A stretch of DNA of 64,000 bases from Patescibacteria group bacterium (GCA_035530075.1 DATKVM010000005.1:87861-151860), one strand, 5' to 3'. Positions 1-10,940 are shown, counted from the stretch's first letter. Translations and numbers: made by a program. Notes: generated by a model not told the origin, from the sequence alone.

Positions 1-578
1 AATAAAGGGCTTTCTTTTCTAAAAGCAAAACTACTCCCCGAAAGTTCTGTTCTTTACCCATCGGATAGGCCAAGATCGCCGGGTTAACGCCTAAACGCTC
101 TACAATCATCGCTAAGGTGCCTTCAAAGTCGGCTCCCAACTTGTCCATTTTATTGATAAAGATTAGTCGCGGCACATGATATTTATCGGCTTGGCGCCAA
201 ACTGTCTCGGATTGGGATTGCACCCCTTCTTGAGCATCAAAAACCGTCACTCCGCCATCAAGAACGCGCATTGATCGCTCCACCTCCGCTGTAAAATCCA
301 CATGACCCGGAGTGTCGATAATATTAATTCGGTAATCTTTCCAGAAGGTGGTAATCGCCGCGGAAACAATCGTGATGCCTCTTTCTCTTTCCTGGTCCAT
401 CCAGTCGGTGACCGTTGTCCCTTCGTCAATATTGCCGAGCTTATAAGTTTTCCCGGTATAGAAAAGAATTCTTTCGGTCGTAGTAGTTTTGCCCGCGTCA
501 ATGTGGGCAATAATGCCAATGTTCCTCACTTTGCTAAGAGGAACTTCGCGTTGAGTCGTTTTCTGAATTTGCGCCATA
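1..578 (-). CDS. fusA: Elongation factor G, N-terminal part (gene continues beyond the window start)
   Basis: Reverse-strand translation from the ATG at 578 reads [43 protein letters not shown]...DTPGHVDF, a translational GTPase G-domain; it lies downstream of rpsL-rpsG as in str operons. Confidence 0.9.
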
Positions 579-603
579 CAAAATTTCCCTTTAAATACCT
601 TTC

Positions 604-645
604 AATCAAGAAAACTCCGCCTTCCTGTTGCTTTTTCTGGCGGAG
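604..645 (-). terminator. Hairpin (CTCCGCC/GGCGGAG, 17-nt loop) followed by a U-run on the minus strand, after the ATP-cone gene
   Basis: Inverted repeat 615-621/639-645 with TTTTCTTGATT downstream on the minus strand; the large loop lowers confidence. Confidence 0.3.
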
Positions 646-759
646 CTAGCCTACTTACCCTCCGAAGCTTCTAGCGAAGGAGAGCTTCAACTCTATTTAT
701 TTTACCAAAACCCCAGGCTCAAAGCAACCAGAATTAAATTAATGCCTTTCTTTTAACTC

Positions 760-1014
760 TTAAAATTGCTTTTTGTAGGCTTGGTAATCACCGGCGACAG
801 TTGGGTTAAGGGGGGTCAAAATCTCAATTATTTTCGCTCGGACCGCTTGAGAATCAATTACCCCGCTAACTGCAACCGAAGGCAGCCAAGTTTCAACCTC
901 GGTGGCAATTTTTTCCGCTTCTTCTCGGGTAGCCCCCGCTCGCATAATACTTTCAAAAACCTTGTTGCGGTCAAAATCCTGCAAGCTCCCATCTTTCTTT
1001 TTGACTTTAAACAA
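760..1014 (-). CDS. Stand-alone ATP-cone domain protein (84 aa)
   Basis: MFKVKKKDGSLQDFDRNKVFESIMRAGA matches the ATP-cone pattern (KRDG..E.FD..KI); TTG start preceded by a GGAGGTGA Shine-Dalgarno. Confidence 0.5.
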   Translation of the reverse strand: MFKVKKKDGSLQDFDRNKVFESIMRAGATREEAEKIATEVETWLPSVAVSGVIDSQAVRAKIIEILTPLNPTVAGDYQAYKKQF

Positions 1015-1175
1015 TTTTTCTCACCTCCTTTTTGAGGAAACTACTAATGTTGACTAAAACCAGGTTAACACAGTTTGGAAAATGAGAAAAGGCTTTGTTG
1101 TCTTTCGCCATATCTTCTGTATCGCTCCATGTTAATATGGAAATAACTATAGTTTTCTGAAAGAGACTTAAATTT

Positions 1176-2759
1176 ATGGGCAAAATACCGAAAGCGACGA
1201 AGATCCCCTGGTTAATTTTTCTTCTTTCGGTGATTTTTGTTGGACATTTTTCTAAAAAACTTTATTATTTCCGTTGGATAGGCTATGAGAGTATTCCTGG
1301 AGGAACCGCCATCCTCGATGAAAAAAACTACGTTAGTGCTGGGTATAGTTTCCGTAAAACCGGTATCCCCACTGCTTGGTCTAACCTTGATGCCTACGTC
1401 ATTTTGGCTAAGGAAAAGAAAAGAGCGAATTCAACCGAATTCAATGGTATTAGCATAACCCTTGGCGGGAATACTCCTGACCTTAAAAACAAAAAAAACT
1501 TTGACTACCCAATAATTCATGTTGCTGATGTGGATATTGGCAAAGGGCAAGAGAGTATCCTTATCGTTCAGCCTTTTTTTGACCATTCTCCTCTATCTGG
1601 TATTTTTTATTCGTTAGGAGTAAAAAATCCCCCCCGTTTTTTTGCCGATTTTAAAATGGAAGAATATCGAAAGGGTGCCCTTGTTTTGGGTATTTTAACG
1701 AGCGTTCTTCTCTTCTATTGTGCTTATCTTTTGACAAAAAGTTGGTGGGCAGCCGGTTTTTCTTTCTTTGTCTATTCGCTGGCACCGACATACATTCTAA
1801 CCTCTCGTTATGCCCTAATTGAAAATTTCCTAATTCCCCTCTCCCTACTCGTCATCATTTTTCTACAACTGTTTAAACAAAAAAGGCAATCAATCTGGCT
1901 AATATTGGGAGGAATTGCCACTGGCCTGGCGATTTCAACCAAAGAAACCGGAATATTCGTACTCATTATGGGGCTGGTAATACTCATAAGGGAAAGATTG
2001 CCAATTAAAAAATTGTTAATTTACTTAATCCCTGGTTTAATTATTGGGCTGATATTTTACTTTTACGCCTTTTGGCTAGCTCCAGAATTATGGCAAAATC
2101 TATTCTTAAATCAGGCAAACCGTGGTTTTTTTGGGCCTTTGAATATCCTCTATTCGGCTAGCCAGTTACACTTTGCCGGATTTCCTCTTGATGGGTTTTG
2201 GTTGTGGGGATTAATCTTGATACCGGTTTTGTTTTTTAGAAAAGAAAGGCCGGGGGAAATACTTATTGGTTTTGCCAGTTACTTATTGGTTCTCCTGATA
2301 TTTGCCGGCAGTAACTATCCCTGGTATTATCTGCCGTTCATTCCCTTCCTGGTTTTAGCGAGCGGCTGTGAGCTCGCCTATCTCCTTAAACAGCCCAATA
2401 TTGCTTCCTTAGCGCTTTTTTTCCTCTTACCTTTTTCAACGGCATTGTATTGGGGAAGAAACGTTTACAGAAGGGGTGGGCAAGTGGGTTTTTACAGATT
2501 AATCATTATGCTTTTCCTTGCCTCCCTAGTCGTTGCCAAACTAAGAAGGGTGAATTGGGCAATAGTAAAGAGAAAAACACCAAAATTTCTTTTGCCAATA
2601 ATCGATCTTTTCGGATGGAAAGACGGCCTTGTGTTCCAAGTAGGATGGTATTTATCTTTTGGATTATTCCTTTATCTTACCTATAAATGGAGTCGACAGG
2701 GATTTCAGTATATTATCGCCAATTGGAATAAGCTCCCCGAACAGTTCAGGCTAAAGTAA
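1176..2759 (+). CDS. Polytopic membrane protein, GT-C type glycosyltransferase-like (PMT/ArnT-like)
   Basis: 527 aa with many hydrophobic segments and a STKETG-like loop typical of PMT/ArnT family GT-C enzymes; inserted on the opposite strand between rpsG and fusA. Confidence 0.5.
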   Translation: MGKIPKATKIPWLIFLLSVIFVGHFSKKLYYFRWIGYESIPGGTAILDEKNYVSAGYSFRKTGIPTAWSNLDAYVILAKEKKRANSTEFNGISITLGGNTPDLKNKKNFDYPIIHVADVDIGKGQESILIVQPFFDHSPLSGIFYSLGVKNPPRFFADFKMEEYRKGALVLGILTSVLLFYCAYLLTKSWWAAGFSFFVYSLAPTYILTSRYALIENFLIPLSLLVIIFLQLFKQKRQSIWLILGGIATGLAISTKETGIFVLIMGLVILIRERLPIKKLLIYLIPGLIIGLIFYFYAFWLAPELWQNLFLNQANRGFFGPLNILYSASQLHFAGFPLDGFWLWGLILIPVLFFRKERPGEILIGFASYLLVLLIFAGSNYPWYYLPFIPFLVLASGCELAYLLKQPNIASLALFFLLPFSTALYWGRNVYRRGGQVGFYRLIIMLFLASLVVAKLRRVNWAIVKRKTPKFLLPIIDLFGWKDGLVFQVGWYLSFGLFLYLTYKWSRQGFQYIIANWNKLPEQFRLK

Positions 2760-2784
2760 TTTGTCTAAAGAAGTTATCCAAATC

Positions 2785-3264
2785 TTACCAACGGAAGTGA
2801 GCAAAAGCTTTATTCGCTTCGGCCATACGATGAGTATCTTCTCTTTTCTTAACGGCCCCCCCGGTATTATTAAAAGCATCAAGAAGTTCCGCCGCTAATT
2901 TTTCGGCAAAAGTGTGAAATTCAGTACTGGGCCGCTTCTGAGCCGCCAAAATAATCCAGCGAATCGCCAGCGATTCCCGACGGTCACCCCGAACGGGAGC
3001 CGGCACTTGATAAGCCGCTCCACCAATACGCCGAGAACGAACTTCCATCTGCGGCTTAACATTTTCCAAAGCTTGGCGAAAAACCAAAAGCGGGTCCTGG
3101 TTAATTTTAGCCTTAATAATTTCCAAAGCGCCGTGGACCTGCTTTTCCGCGGCCGATTTCTTACCGCTGCGCATCACGCGGTTAACTAATTTTGCCACTA
3201 ACTTATCGCCGTAAACGGTATCTGGAATAACCTCTCTTTTGGAAATTTTTCCCGCTCTTGACAT
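2785..3264 (-). CDS. rpsG: 30S ribosomal protein S7
   Basis: [15 protein letters not shown]...[21 protein letters not shown]... canonical S7 sequence. Confidence 0.95.
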   Translation of the reverse strand: MSRAGKISKREVIPDTVYGDKLVAKLVNRVMRSGKKSAAEKQVHGALEIIKAKINQDPLLVFRQALENVKPQMEVRSRRIGGAAYQVPAPVRGDRRESLAIRWIILAAQKRPSTEFHTFAEKLAAELLDAFNNTGGAVKKREDTHRMAEANKAFAHFRW

Positions 3265-3280
3265 CTTTCTCCTCTAAAAA

Positions 3281-3730
3281 TTAAGCTTTAGCCGCTGCTG
3301 CCGGGGCCCGACCGCCCTTACCTTCCTCCGCCTTAGTCCCATATTTGGAGCGACTGCTTTTGCGACCAATAACCCCTGAAGTATCAAATTTGCCCCGGAC
3401 AATATGATATTTTACTCCCGGTAAATCCCTGACCCGGCCGCTCCGAACTAAAACAATGGCGTGCTCTGATAAATCGTGGCCGATTCCCTGAATGTAGGCC
3501 GTGACTTCTTGCTTATTGGAGAGTCTTACCCGGGCGACTTTCCGCAAAGCGGAGTTAGGTTTCTTGGGGGTCATTGTCTTTACCAAAGTTACGACACCCC
3601 GCTTTTGGGGGTTAATTGACTCAACCATTCGTCGAGTACGAGCATTAAAAGAACGCCGCATCGCGGTCGCTTTTACTTTTTTCGGGAGTTTCTTTCTCCC
3701 CTTACGCACTAATTGTGAAATTGTGGGCAT
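3281..3730 (-). CDS. rpsL: 30S ribosomal protein S12 (with an internal insertion and a C-terminal Ala/Gly-rich extension)
   Basis: [14 protein letters not shown]...[16 protein letters not shown]...HNLQEH-like...[12 protein letters not shown]; 149 aa against roughly 124 aa for canonical S12. Confidence 0.93.
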   Translation of the reverse strand: MPTISQLVRKGRKKLPKKVKATAMRRSFNARTRRMVESINPQKRGVVTLVKTMTPKKPNSALRKVARVRLSNKQEVTAYIQGIGHDLSEHAIVLVRSGRVRDLPGVKYHIVRGKFDTSGVIGRKSSRSKYGTKAEEGKGGRAPAAAAKA

Positions 3731-3810
3731 CTTTTTTAAAATCCTTTCTTTAGGAAATCGCTCTCATTCCTCCAGGAATCCATCTATTTTAGCAGTTTTG
3801 GCTTCAAAAC

Positions 3811-6800
3811 TCAAGGCTTCAGTTTCGCCCTTTCCGGGCTAACCGGAATTAAGCGGCCGATAATGACATTTTCTTTCAGTCCGAGTAACTGGTCTTCTTT
3901 GCCCAAAATCGCCGCGTCGGCCAAAATATTGCTGGTTTCTTGGAAAGAGGCCGCCGATAGCCAAGATTCAGTGTATAAAGCAGCGCGAGTTATTCCCAAG
4001 ATAACTTGTTCCGCCGTTGCCAGCGTGCCTTTCTGGGACTTAACTAATTCATTTTCTTCCTCCAGACGCTGTTTGTTAACCAAATCACCAACCAAGAAAA
4101 CGGTTGTCCCTGGGTTCTTAATCCGGACATTTTCGCTCATCATCCGCACCACCGTCTCAAAATGGCGATCGTTAATGGGAATCCCCTGAGATTCATACAC
4201 TGCCTGAATTTCGTTCACCAAATAGCTTTGAGCGTCTCGCAAGCCTTTAACCGCCAAAATGTTTCTCACGTCCAAAGCCCCGGAGGCCAGCTGAGTCCCG
4301 GCAGTCACTTCTTCACCATCCTGAACCTTAAGAGTACTGGTCAATGGAATAATATATTCTCTTTTTTCTCCACCCTTTTTGCTTTCGGCAACCACTATTC
4401 GATAACCGTTATCTTCGGAAACTACTTCTACCTTACCGTCAATTTCCGCCAGCGGAGAAAGCGTTTTCGGCATTCTCACTTCCAAAAGCTCAGTCACCCG
4501 CGGCAGACCCTGGGTCACATCCAAACCGACAATTCCCGCCTGATGCTTCGTTTTGAGAGTTAATTGAGTCCCCGGCTCACCGATAGACTCGGCCGCCAAA
4601 ACCCCTACCGGCACTCCCAATTCTACCGGCTTACGGTTAGCAAAGTTCCACCCATAACATTTCTGGCAAACCCCATGTCGGGCTCGACAAGTTAGGGGCG
4701 AACGAACCACCACCCTTTTAACTTCGCTTTCATCCAAAATCCGAACCTTTACCTCGTCAATTTCCTCATCCCGTTTAAAAAGCGGTTTACCTGTCTTTGA
4801 ATCAATTACCGGCTCCGCCAGATATCGGCCCAAAATTCGAGCAGCAAAGGCTTTACCGCGCGGACCCTCCTTACTAATCTCAACTCCTTCTTTGATGCCG
4901 CAATTTTCCTCGCGTACAATCGCTTCATGAGAAACATCAACTAATTTCCGCGTTAAGTAACCGGCATCTGAGGTCTTCAAGGCCGTATCGGTCAAACCCT
5001 TCCGGGAACCGCGGGTAGTCGTCACATACTCAAAGACGGAAAGACCTTCCCGGAAATTGCTCTTGGTCGGCAAATCCACGATTCTTCCCATCGGGTCGAC
5101 GACTAAACCTCTCATTGCCGAAATCTGTTTAATCGTATCTCGGGAAACCCGGCCCACTCGGGCATCAATGACCAACTTAATGGGATTAGTCTCGTCAATC
5201 ACTTCCCAAGTTTTATCGGCCAGTTCCTCCGTCGTCTCCATCCAAACCCCGCGCACCAATCTCCTTTCTTCATCCAAAGTAATTAAACCCTGGCGGTAAG
5301 TTTCTTCGATTTCAGCCACTCTCTTATCCGCATTGGCGATAATTTGGGCTTTTTCCGGACTCATCTGGCAATCTCTAATGGACAAAGAAACACCGGAAAC
5401 GGTCCCGGCATAAAAACCCAAACTTTTCAAATTGTCAATCAAGGTCACTACTTCTTCGTGGGAGCATTGCTTTAAAGCCTTAGTGAAAAGCTGCTTAATC
5501 GTTCCTTGCTGAACGGCCGTATTAACAAAGCGCAAATTTTCCGGTAAGGCTTCATTGAAAAACAAGCGACCGACCGAAGTCTCCAACACTCCACTGTCGT
5601 TTGGTTTGACCAAAATCGGTTCCCGCAGTTGAGCTTTGCCGCTCTGGTAAGCCAAAATTGCTTCCCGCTCACTATAAACCTTTTCTTTTGCTTTCAGGGT
5701 TGGCTCAAAGGAGGTCAAGTAATAAATGCCCAAAGCCATTTCCTTGCGGTCAGGGGCGTTAATTGGGGTACCGTCCGCCGGTCGCAATAAGTTGTGGTCC
5801 GGCATCATTAAGCTAATCGCTTCTTCCCTCGATTTCCGAGAAAGCGGAACATGAACCGCCATTTGGTCACCATCAAAGTCCGCATTATACCCCTGACAGA
5901 CGCAGGGGTGAATTCTAATGGCGTTCCCCTCAATTAAAATAGGATAAAAAGCCTGAATTCCCAATTTATGGAGGGTGGGGGCACGGTTTAGCAAAACCGG
6001 GTGATTACGGGTAATTTCCTCCAAAATATCGAAAACCTCCGGCGGCCTTCTCTCCAGGATGTTTTTAGCGCTCCGAACATTAGGCGCCACTCCCCGGACA
6101 ATCATTTCCCGTAAGACAAACGGCTTAAACATCTCCAGAGCCATTTCTTTGGGTAAACCACACTGGTTTAAATTCAACTCCGGACCGACAACAATGACTG
6201 ACCGGCCGGAATAATCAACTCTTTTGCCCAAAAGATTTTGTCTAAAGCGACCCTGTTTGCCGCGCAACATATCAGATAAAGAGCGCAAGGCTAGCGTTCT
6301 TCTCGCCCTTTTCTCCCGAACACTCTTCGTCGAATCAATTAGGGAATCAACCGCTTCCTGCAGCATTCTTTTCTCATTGCGCAGAATAATCTCCGGTGCT
6401 CCCAAATCAATTAAATGCTTTAAGCGGTTATTGCGGTTAATGACTCGCCGATAAAGATCATTTAAATCGCTGGTGGCGAACCGGCCACCCGTTAGCTGGA
6501 CCATTGGCCGCAAGTCAGGGGGAATAACGGGCAGAATGGTCAAAACTAGCCAAGAGGGCTCCTGATTGGAACGCAACATTCCCTCAGCCACCCTTAGTCG
6601 CTTAACCGCTCTGATGTACCGCTGTCCGCTAGATTTCTGCATTTCTTCCTTAAGCTCAGCGGTTAATTTTTTAAGGTCAAGTTTCTCAAGGACTTCCAGA
6701 AGGCTTTCTGCTCCCATTGCCACTTTAAAGAAACCGGCAGCGCCGACATCTTTAAGCCGCAGAAAATCTTCTTCTGAAAGAGTCGAGAGTTTCTTTAAGG

Positions 6801-7509
6801 TTTTAACCCGGTCGGTTAAAATCGCTAATTCTTCTTTCAGCTGATTAAGCTCGGAAGTAAGTTTATCTTCAAACCATTTCTCCTTCTGTTTATGAGATAA
6901 CTCCAACTCTTTTTCCGCCAAGGCCAAGGCCTCTTTATTTTTAACTTTCTCTTTGAGCTCTGCTTTCGCCTTTTTAAAATCTTCGACCAACTCTTTTTTC
7001 TTTTCTGCTGTATTCTTTTTCGCCTCTTCTTCCCGTTTTTGATAGTTCTCCGTCAAGGTCTCAATTGCTTTTTTCCTCTTTTCTTCTTCCACCTCCACTA
7101 TCAAATATTGAGCAAAATAGACTACCGCTTCCAAACTCTTAGCGGGGATATCCAAAAGTAAAGACAATCTTGAAGGAGCTCCCCTAAAGTACCAAACATG
7201 AGCCACCGGGCAAGCCAAATCGATATGACCCATTCTTTCTCGTCTTACCCGCGAGAGGGTAACTTCCACTCCACACTTGTCGCAAACAATGCCACGGTAA
7301 CGAATCCTCTTATACTTGCCGCAATAACACTCCCAGTCCTTCGTCGGCCCAAAAATCCGCTCGCAGAAAAGGCCGTCTTTTTCCGGCTTTAGAGTCCGGT
7401 AATTAATTGTCTCTGGTTTGGTAACTTCACCGTGAGACCACCCCTGAATTTCCTCGGGCGAGGCAATTTTAATTAACAAAGACTTAAAATCAGCAATACC
7501 TTTAATCAT
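3811..7509 (-). CDS. rpoC: DNA-directed RNA polymerase subunit beta'
   Basis: 1232 aa with CYCGKYKRIRYRGIVCDKCGVEV zinc motif and NADFDGDQMAVH catalytic motif; overlaps the rpoB stop by 4 bp. Confidence 0.97.
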   Translation of the reverse strand: MIKGIADFKSLLIKIASPEEIQGWSHGEVTKPETINYRTLKPEKDGLFCERIFGPTKDWECYCGKYKRIRYRGIVCDKCGVEVTLSRVRRERMGHIDLACPVAHVWYFRGAPSRLSLLLDIPAKSLEAVVYFAQYLIVEVEEEKRKKAIETLTENYQKREEEAKKNTAEKKKELVEDFKKAKAELKEKVKNKEALALAEKELELSHKQKEKWFEDKLTSELNQLKEELAILTDRVKTLKKLSTLSEEDFLRLKDVGAAGFFKVAMGAESLLEVLEKLDLKKLTAELKEEMQKSSGQRYIRAVKRLRVAEGMLRSNQEPSWLVLTILPVIPPDLRPMVQLTGGRFATSDLNDLYRRVINRNNRLKHLIDLGAPEIILRNEKRMLQEAVDSLIDSTKSVREKRARRTLALRSLSDMLRGKQGRFRQNLLGKRVDYSGRSVIVVGPELNLNQCGLPKEMALEMFKPFVLREMIVRGVAPNVRSAKNILERRPPEVFDILEEITRNHPVLLNRAPTLHKLGIQAFYPILIEGNAIRIHPCVCQGYNADFDGDQMAVHVPLSRKSREEAISLMMPDHNLLRPADGTPINAPDRKEMALGIYYLTSFEPTLKAKEKVYSEREAILAYQSGKAQLREPILVKPNDSGVLETSVGRLFFNEALPENLRFVNTAVQQGTIKQLFTKALKQCSHEEVVTLIDNLKSLGFYAGTVSGVSLSIRDCQMSPEKAQIIANADKRVAEIEETYRQGLITLDEERRLVRGVWMETTEELADKTWEVIDETNPIKLVIDARVGRVSRDTIKQISAMRGLVVDPMGRIVDLPTKSNFREGLSVFEYVTTTRGSRKGLTDTALKTSDAGYLTRKLVDVSHEAIVREENCGIKEGVEISKEGPRGKAFAARILGRYLAEPVIDSKTGKPLFKRDEEIDEVKVRILDESEVKRVVVRSPLTCRARHGVCQKCYGWNFANRKPVELGVPVGVLAAESIGEPGTQLTLKTKHQAGIVGLDVTQGLPRVTELLEVRMPKTLSPLAEIDGKVEVVSEDNGYRIVVAESKKGGEKREYIIPLTSTLKVQDGEEVTAGTQLASGALDVRNILAVKGLRDAQSYLVNEIQAVYESQGIPINDRHFETVVRMMSENVRIKNPGTTVFLVGDLVNKQRLEEENELVKSQKGTLATAEQVILGITRAALYTESWLSAASFQETSNILADAAILGKEDQLLGLKENVIIGRLIPVSPERAKLKP

Positions 7510-10500
7510 TGGGCTTCCTCCTCACTTAATTTTTGAATTCCTTCCGTTGGTTGGCCTTTTTCAACCTCCGCTTCCATTGTTGCCCCGGCTATTTCCGCCA
7601 GCTCTTCCGCCGCTTTGCCCATTTTGGCTTCCTCTGCCGTGATCGCTTCATCAACTGGCTTTTCGATTACTCCCTGCGGAATAACATTTAAACCTAAAGC
7701 TTTCAATTCGTTGACCAAAACATTAAACGATTCGGGAACCGAAGCTTCAGGAATATCCACTCCTTTAACTATCGCCTCAAATGCTTTGGCCCGGCCAACC
7801 ACATCATCGGATTTAATCGTCAACATTTCTTGTAAAACATGGGCTGCCTGATGAGCCTCCATCGCCCAAACTTCCATCTCTCCCAAGCGCTGGCCACCCA
7901 TTTGCGCCTTACCGCCAAGCGGCTGTTGAGTGACTAAAGAGTAAGGTCCGGTGGAACGGGCATGGGTTTTGTCTTCCACCATGTGGATTAACTTCATAAT
8001 GTAAGCCACGCCAACCGTTACCTCTTGGTTCATCGCTTCGCCAGTTCTCCCGTCATAAAGCTTGACTTTACCGTTAGCGGGAATATTGGCTTTCTTCATT
8101 TCCTCTTCCATCCGCTCTTCGGCAAACTCTTCGAAAACCGGGATGGCCACTCGATAACCTAACTTCTTGGCTGCCCAGCCTAGATGAGCCTCCAACAATT
8201 GACCCAAGTTCATTCTCGCCAGCACCGAAAGGGGAGAAATAACAATGTCGACTGGTGTTCCATCGGCCAAATAAGGCATATCTTCCACCGACACGACTTT
8301 GGAAATCACTCCCTTGTTGCCGTGTCGACCGGCTAATTTGTCTCCTTCGGTGATTTTTCTGATTTGGGCAACTTTCACTTTGACGACCACATTGACCCCC
8401 GGCTCTAGTTCATCGCCTTTTTCCCGATCTAAAACCTGCACTCCGACGACAATTCCCCGCTCGCCGTGAGGCATTCTTAAGGAAGTATCCCTCACTTCCC
8501 GAGCCTTCTCACCGAAAATCGCCCGGAGGAGCCTTTCTTCCGCTGAAAGCTCAGTTTCTCCCTTGGGAGCAATTTTCCCAACCAAGATATCATTCGGTTC
8601 GACTTCGGCCCCAACGACCACAATTCCATCTTCGGCTAAGTTAGCCAAGTCATGCTCACTAACATTCGGAATGTCACGAGTGAGTTCTTCTGGCCCCAAC
8701 TTTGTATCTACTACTTGCGCTTCGTATTCTTCAATTGAAATCGAGGTGAAAAGGTCTTCCTTGACCAAACGATCAGAAACCACAATCGCATCCTCAAAAC
8801 CCAAACCCTCATATTGAGCATAAGCGATAAGCAAATTTCGACCCAAAGCCAGTTCACCTTCTTCGCATGAAGGGCCATCGATAATCAGCTGACCTTCTTT
8901 TACTGTCTCACCAATCTTAACTAAAGGCTTTTGGGAATAGCAGGTACCAACCGGATTGGTTCGGCGAAATTTAACTACCCGATAAGTTTCCAAATCTCCT
9001 TCTTTGCGATAGAAATCCTCGATAATCTTTTCCTTAACCTTTTTATCGCTTTTAATGACCACTTTCTCGCTATCAACATAAACAACTTTCCCTTTGCCTC
9101 TAGCCTTGATAACCATTCCCATCGCTTCCGCAATTTTATTTTCCATTCCCGTTCCGATAATGGGGGCTTCCGGCGACAATAACGGCACCGCCTGAGTCTG
9201 CATATGAGTTCCCATCAGGGCTCGGTTTGGCTCATCGTTAGCAATAAAAGGAATTAAAGAAGCAGAAGTCCCGACAACCTGTTGCGGAGAAACATCGATT
9301 AAATCCACTCGGTCGCGGGTTACTTCCAAAAAGTCCCCCTTATAACGGACCGGCACCAGCTCGTCTCCAATATAACCATGGCGGTCAATCTTAATCCCCG
9401 CGTGAGTAATGCAAAAATCCTTTTCGTCATCGGCTTGCAGGTAGACAATTTTGTCCGTCACTTTCATTTTCGCCTTGCCATCCACTTTGACTTTTTCTAC
9501 CCGACGATAAGGCGCTTCCAAAAAACCAAATTCATTCACTCGGGCATAAAGGGAAAGATAAGTGACCAAACCGATATTTGGGCCCTCAGGAGAACGCACT
9601 GGGCAAATCCGACTGTACTGCGAAGCATTAATATCTCTAATGGAGAAGGAGGCGCGCTCACGAGTGATTCCTCCTTGACCCATAACCGAAAGCCGGCGCA
9701 AATTATCCAGTTCGGAAAGAGGATTGGTCTGGTCAAGAATTTGCGACAATTGCCCTTGGCGGTAAAATTCATTAATCGCTGAAATAAGCGGTCGAGCATT
9801 AATTAAGGCGCTGGGCTGGACTTTTTCCTCCGTGCTCATCAGAGCCATTCTTTCCTTAATCATTCTCTCCAAACGCAATAGTCCCACTTTAACCGCCGTT
9901 TGAAGAACTAACTCGCCGACTCGCCGAACCCGGCGGTTGGCTAGATGGTCAATATCATCCACTTCGCCTCGGCCAGTCTGCAGATTAACCAGATAAGTGA
10001 TAATTGCGTTCAAATCGGTCCGATTCAAAGTCCAGTTCTCTGGGGCATTGGGAAAATTGAGGCCTAAGCGCTTATTGATTTTGTAGCGGCCAACTTTACT
10101 TAAATCATACCGTCGATTGCTTAAAAACAAATTACGGAAAAATTCTTGAGCATTTTCTAAAATCGCTGGCTCACCCGGACGCAACTTCTTATAAATTTCA
10201 ATTAGGGCTTCTTCGCGAGTCTTAGTCGGATCATATTTGAGAGTCTTTTCAATGAAGGAGCGACCTTTTTCGCCCAAAGTGTCAAAGGCGGAAAGAATTT
10301 CTTCGTCCGTAGAAAAACCAAATGCTCGCAAAAGAACGGTGATGGGAAATTTCCGGCGTCGGTCAATCCGAACGGAAACAACATCATTCCGACCAACAAA
10401 GAATTCTAGCCAAGAACCCTTGACGGGCCTGACTTCAGCCATAAAAAGAGTCCGGCCAGTATTAGGATCAACTTCGCCGGAAAAATAAACACCGGGGGCT

Positions 10501-10940
10501 CGGACAATTTGATTAATGACGCAGCGCTCAATCCCGTTAATGATAAAGGTGGCCCGAGGGGTCATCTCGGGAATATCCCCCAGAAAAATTTCTTGCTCGA
10601 CTGCTTTTCCCGTCTGTTTATTAAGAAGGCGAGCCTTCACTTTAAGAGACCGCTCATAAGAAAGGCCTTTGACTTGCGCCTCTTCAATCGCTCGCACCGG
10701 CTCGCTTAAGGAATAATCTAAAAATTCCAGCTGCCAGTTTTTTCCGGCAAAATCTTCAATCGGAGAAATTTCTTGAAGTGCCTCCCCCAACCCTTCTTTT
10801 TTAAACCATTCCCAAGATCCCTTTTGGACTTGAATTAAGTCCATTGGCGGCAAAACGGAGTAAGTTTTCCCCCAATTAATGCGTTCTTTGCTGGCTTTAC
10901 TGGCTTTTAAATTTAGGCTAGTTTGGCTGGCTTTTTTCAT
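7506..10940 (-). CDS. rpoB: DNA-directed RNA polymerase subunit beta
   Basis: 1144 aa; the conserved beta-subunit motif run ...GDKLAGRHGNKGVISKV... is present in the ORF-track translation. Confidence 0.97.
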   Translation of the reverse strand: MKKASQTSLNLKASKASKERINWGKTYSVLPPMDLIQVQKGSWEWFKKEGLGEALQEISPIEDFAGKNWQLEFLDYSLSEPVRAIEEAQVKGLSYERSLKVKARLLNKQTGKAVEQEIFLGDIPEMTPRATFIINGIERCVINQIVRAPGVYFSGEVDPNTGRTLFMAEVRPVKGSWLEFFVGRNDVVSVRIDRRRKFPITVLLRAFGFSTDEEILSAFDTLGEKGRSFIEKTLKYDPTKTREEALIEIYKKLRPGEPAILENAQEFFRNLFLSNRRYDLSKVGRYKINKRLGLNFPNAPENWTLNRTDLNAIITYLVNLQTGRGEVDDIDHLANRRVRRVGELVLQTAVKVGLLRLERMIKERMALMSTEEKVQPSALINARPLISAINEFYRQGQLSQILDQTNPLSELDNLRRLSVMGQGGITRERASFSIRDINASQYSRICPVRSPEGPNIGLVTYLSLYARVNEFGFLEAPYRRVEKVKVDGKAKMKVTDKIVYLQADDEKDFCITHAGIKIDRHGYIGDELVPVRYKGDFLEVTRDRVDLIDVSPQQVVGTSASLIPFIANDEPNRALMGTHMQTQAVPLLSPEAPIIGTGMENKIAEAMGMVIKARGKGKVVYVDSEKVVIKSDKKVKEKIIEDFYRKEGDLETYRVVKFRRTNPVGTCYSQKPLVKIGETVKEGQLIIDGPSCEEGELALGRNLLIAYAQYEGLGFEDAIVVSDRLVKEDLFTSISIEEYEAQVVDTKLGPEELTRDIPNVSEHDLANLAEDGIVVVGAEVEPNDILVGKIAPKGETELSAEERLLRAIFGEKAREVRDTSLRMPHGERGIVVGVQVLDREKGDELEPGVNVVVKVKVAQIRKITEGDKLAGRHGNKGVISKVVSVEDMPYLADGTPVDIVISPLSVLARMNLGQLLEAHLGWAAKKLGYRVAIPVFEEFAEERMEEEMKKANIPANGKVKLYDGRTGEAMNQEVTVGVAYIMKLIHMVEDKTHARSTGPYSLVTQQPLGGKAQMGGQRLGEMEVWAMEAHQAAHVLQEMLTIKSDDVVGRAKAFEAIVKGVDIPEASVPESFNVLVNELKALGLNVIPQGVIEKPVDEAITAEEAKMGKAAEELAEIAGATMEAEVEKGQPTEGIQKLSEEEAQ

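Noticed and set aside
302-649. Many 60-140 aa ORFs in the six-frame track lying antisense or out of frame within fusA, rpoC, rpoB, alaS, ftsK, pnp, dnaK etc. (for example 302-649+, 3863-4189+, 4162-4563+, 9378-9782+, 40767-41246+, 47645-48070+)
   Set aside because: They overlap strongly conserved genes on the other strand or frame, have no SD or promoter context and have low-complexity translations; treated as spurious.
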